Shown: positions 62,505-64,000 of the stretch, one piece after another | Numbering within the stretch: the stretch's first letter is position 1 | Layout: each line of letters begins with the position of its first letter | NCBI GenBank assembly: GCA_030867685.1 | Contig: JAQOWU010000007.1 | Coordinates: 1,302,001 to 1,366,000, forward strand | DNA: 64,000 nucleotides | Direction of reading: 5' to 3' | Source: Wickerhamiella versatilis | Taxonomy: Eukaryota | Program-made: the position numbers and the translations under genes | Notes under the pieces: generated by a model | Databases searched by the model: none | What the model was told of the DNA's origin: nothing | What the model saw: only the letters and a program-made list of their open reading frames with translations

Positions 62505-62848
62505 AGTATAGTCAGCTGACTAATCTGATGTCCCATCAGCACCGATATTATCTATTTGACATTCGGTGGATGTACAGTGTGTGTTTGGCACTGATACACA
62601 ATCGTAAGTATATAAAAAACACGCGTCCATTAGAGACTATACCTATGAGCTGGTACGTGGGTGAGTATTACTACCCAACCGGCTATTTATATAGTGCTTT
62701 GCATAGACATGATCTTTAGAAGAACAGGATATACTTGAATTTTCATTTTCAGTGATCTCACCTAAATACTATCCCCCCAAATTTTTAGAGAGGGCCGCAT
62801 GCGTTACTTTTAGTAGTATTCGTATATAATAGGTAGCTCACCAGCAAA

Positions 62849-63169
62849 TTAGAACTGTAGAGCAGCGCCCTTGACCTTCTTTTCACCACCGAGCTCGAAG
62901 TGCTTGGTACGCTTGAGAGAGAGCTGAGCCTTCGTCTTGCACTTGGTGCACTCGAGACGCAAGACTACCTTCTTGGTGGTCTTCGCCTTTCTGTGGAAGA
63001 TAGGACGGGTCTGACCACCATAACCACGCTGCTTGCGGTCGTACCGCCTCTTACCCTGAGCATACAAAGATGCCTTACCAGCCTTGTACTGGGTCACCTT
63101 GTGAGGAGTGTGGCGGCGACAGTCCTTGCCTTTGCAAAAGGTGTTACGCGACTTCGGGACGTTAACCAT
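62849..63169 (-). CDS. RPL42: 60S ribosomal protein eL42 (L42/L44), intronless
   Basis: MVNVPK...[42 protein letters not shown]. Confidence 0.98.
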   Translation of the reverse strand: MVNVPKSRNTFCKGKDCRRHTPHKVTQYKAGKASLYAQGKRRYDRKQRGYGGQTRPIFHRKAKTTKKVVLRLECTKCKTKAQLSLKRTKHFELGGEKKVKGAALQF

Positions 63170-63523
63170 TGGTGCTGGTAGCGATCAACGCTTGCCTGGA
63201 CAGAGTCGGTGATGGTAATCCTGATTATGTAACTTGGTGATGGGCCCTGAGCCCTGTTGACATAATCGGATTAAGATACCGGGCCACGGATGGGCCCTGG
63301 CAAATAGGGAAAATATATACGAACAGCGAGCGCTCGGACAATACTCAAAAGGGCACCGCAATTCTAAATGTGCAGAATGCCTTCCAGGAGGCCGGTGCTA
63401 CATGCCACTTAAAAAGTCATCTAGATTTACCCTTATTAGAGAGCTAGCATTTATACAAAAGTATAGCCAGTGAGAGATACTACTAGCCATAAAAGCTTCT
63501 CGATAGAAATAACATGACCGCCA

Positions 63524-64000
63524 TCATGCGCTGTCAGAGCCCGCTTCTTTTCCCCCCACTGACTTACTGAGTTCATCTGGTAACGGAACGCTGGTCTCAC
63601 TGCTGGGAGGGGAGGCAAGGAACTCCTCAATTCCCTTCTTCAGAGGCGATTCCTCGCTCTCAGACTTGATTTCGGATGCAGCAGCGGGCACTGATTCCAC
63701 GGCAGGGATAGAGGTTTCGCTATTGGGCTGAGACGCGACAAATTCGTCCGCCTCCTTCTTAACCTCCTCCTTCACGGAGTTAAGCTTTGTTGCTAGGATT
63801 TCAGAGGTTGTACTTTCACCTGAAGCCTTAGATTCCGGCTTGGAATCAGCCTTTTCATCACGAGGCTGGGGAGCAACAAATTGCTTCAATTCTTCCTTGA
63901 TGCCGCCAAGTACACCCACATCCTTGGATGCAGGCTTGGGCCATTCTCTCTTGAAGGATTCAGTCTTTCGTAGACCAGCGAGCTGAATCTGGCCGTGTGT
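63524..64000 (-). CDS. 3' part of a gene truncated by the window edge; Glu/Ser/Lys-rich C-terminus, function unknown
   Basis: Frame stays open from 63919 to the window end (THGQIQLAGLRKTESFKREWPKP...). Confidence 0.6.
   Translation of the reverse strand, partial: THGQIQLAGLRKTESFKREWPKPASKDVGVLGGIKEELKQFVAPQPRDEKADSKPESKASGESTTSEILATKLNSVKEEVKKEADEFVASQPNSETSIPAVESVPAAASEIKSESEESPLKKGIEEFLASPPSSETSVPLPDELSKSVGGKEAGSDSA

Noticed and set aside
1-64000. Horizontally acquired bacterial genes or transposons
   Set aside because: All recognisable proteins are eukaryotic types; no transposase, RT, LTR or terminal inverted repeats seen

Overview
Gene-dense, essentially intron-free fungal (budding-yeast-like) chromosomal segment with about 40 protein-coding genes. 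CTG sits at conserved Leu positions (e.g. Rpb10 NPLE), which argues against the CUG-Ser clade. Several features suggest an early-diverging Saccharomycotina lineage such as the Wickerhamiella/Starmerella group, which is an inference: very short proteins and spacers, a short kinesin-3, an unclustered GAL7 and TPAW-type Spt5 repeats. Most genes are housekeeping (YAP1, GDB1, RPB6/PZF1, PHO4, RRP5, RPB10, PCP1, PRO1, PIH1, eIF3a, CDC23, APM1, RKI1, PPT1, BIM1, GAL7, TRM3, RRP42, ERV25, SPT5, RPL42). One accessory-looking island (27.2-36.5 kb) holds two orphan ORFs and a large GPI-anchored repeat adhesin. The most notable observations are: (1) an AP-1-like TGACT[A/C]A element lying just upstream of, or overlapping, many start codons, including 28-49 bp head-to-head spacers; (2) an eIF3a carrying a tandem array of eIF4B-like PFGGAKPV motifs; (3) a miniaturised 7-finger TFIIIA; (4) a natural K55R in eL42; (5) a 60-bp convergent CDS overlap. 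I found no tRNA, rRNA, transposon, CRISPR array or evident bacterial gene.
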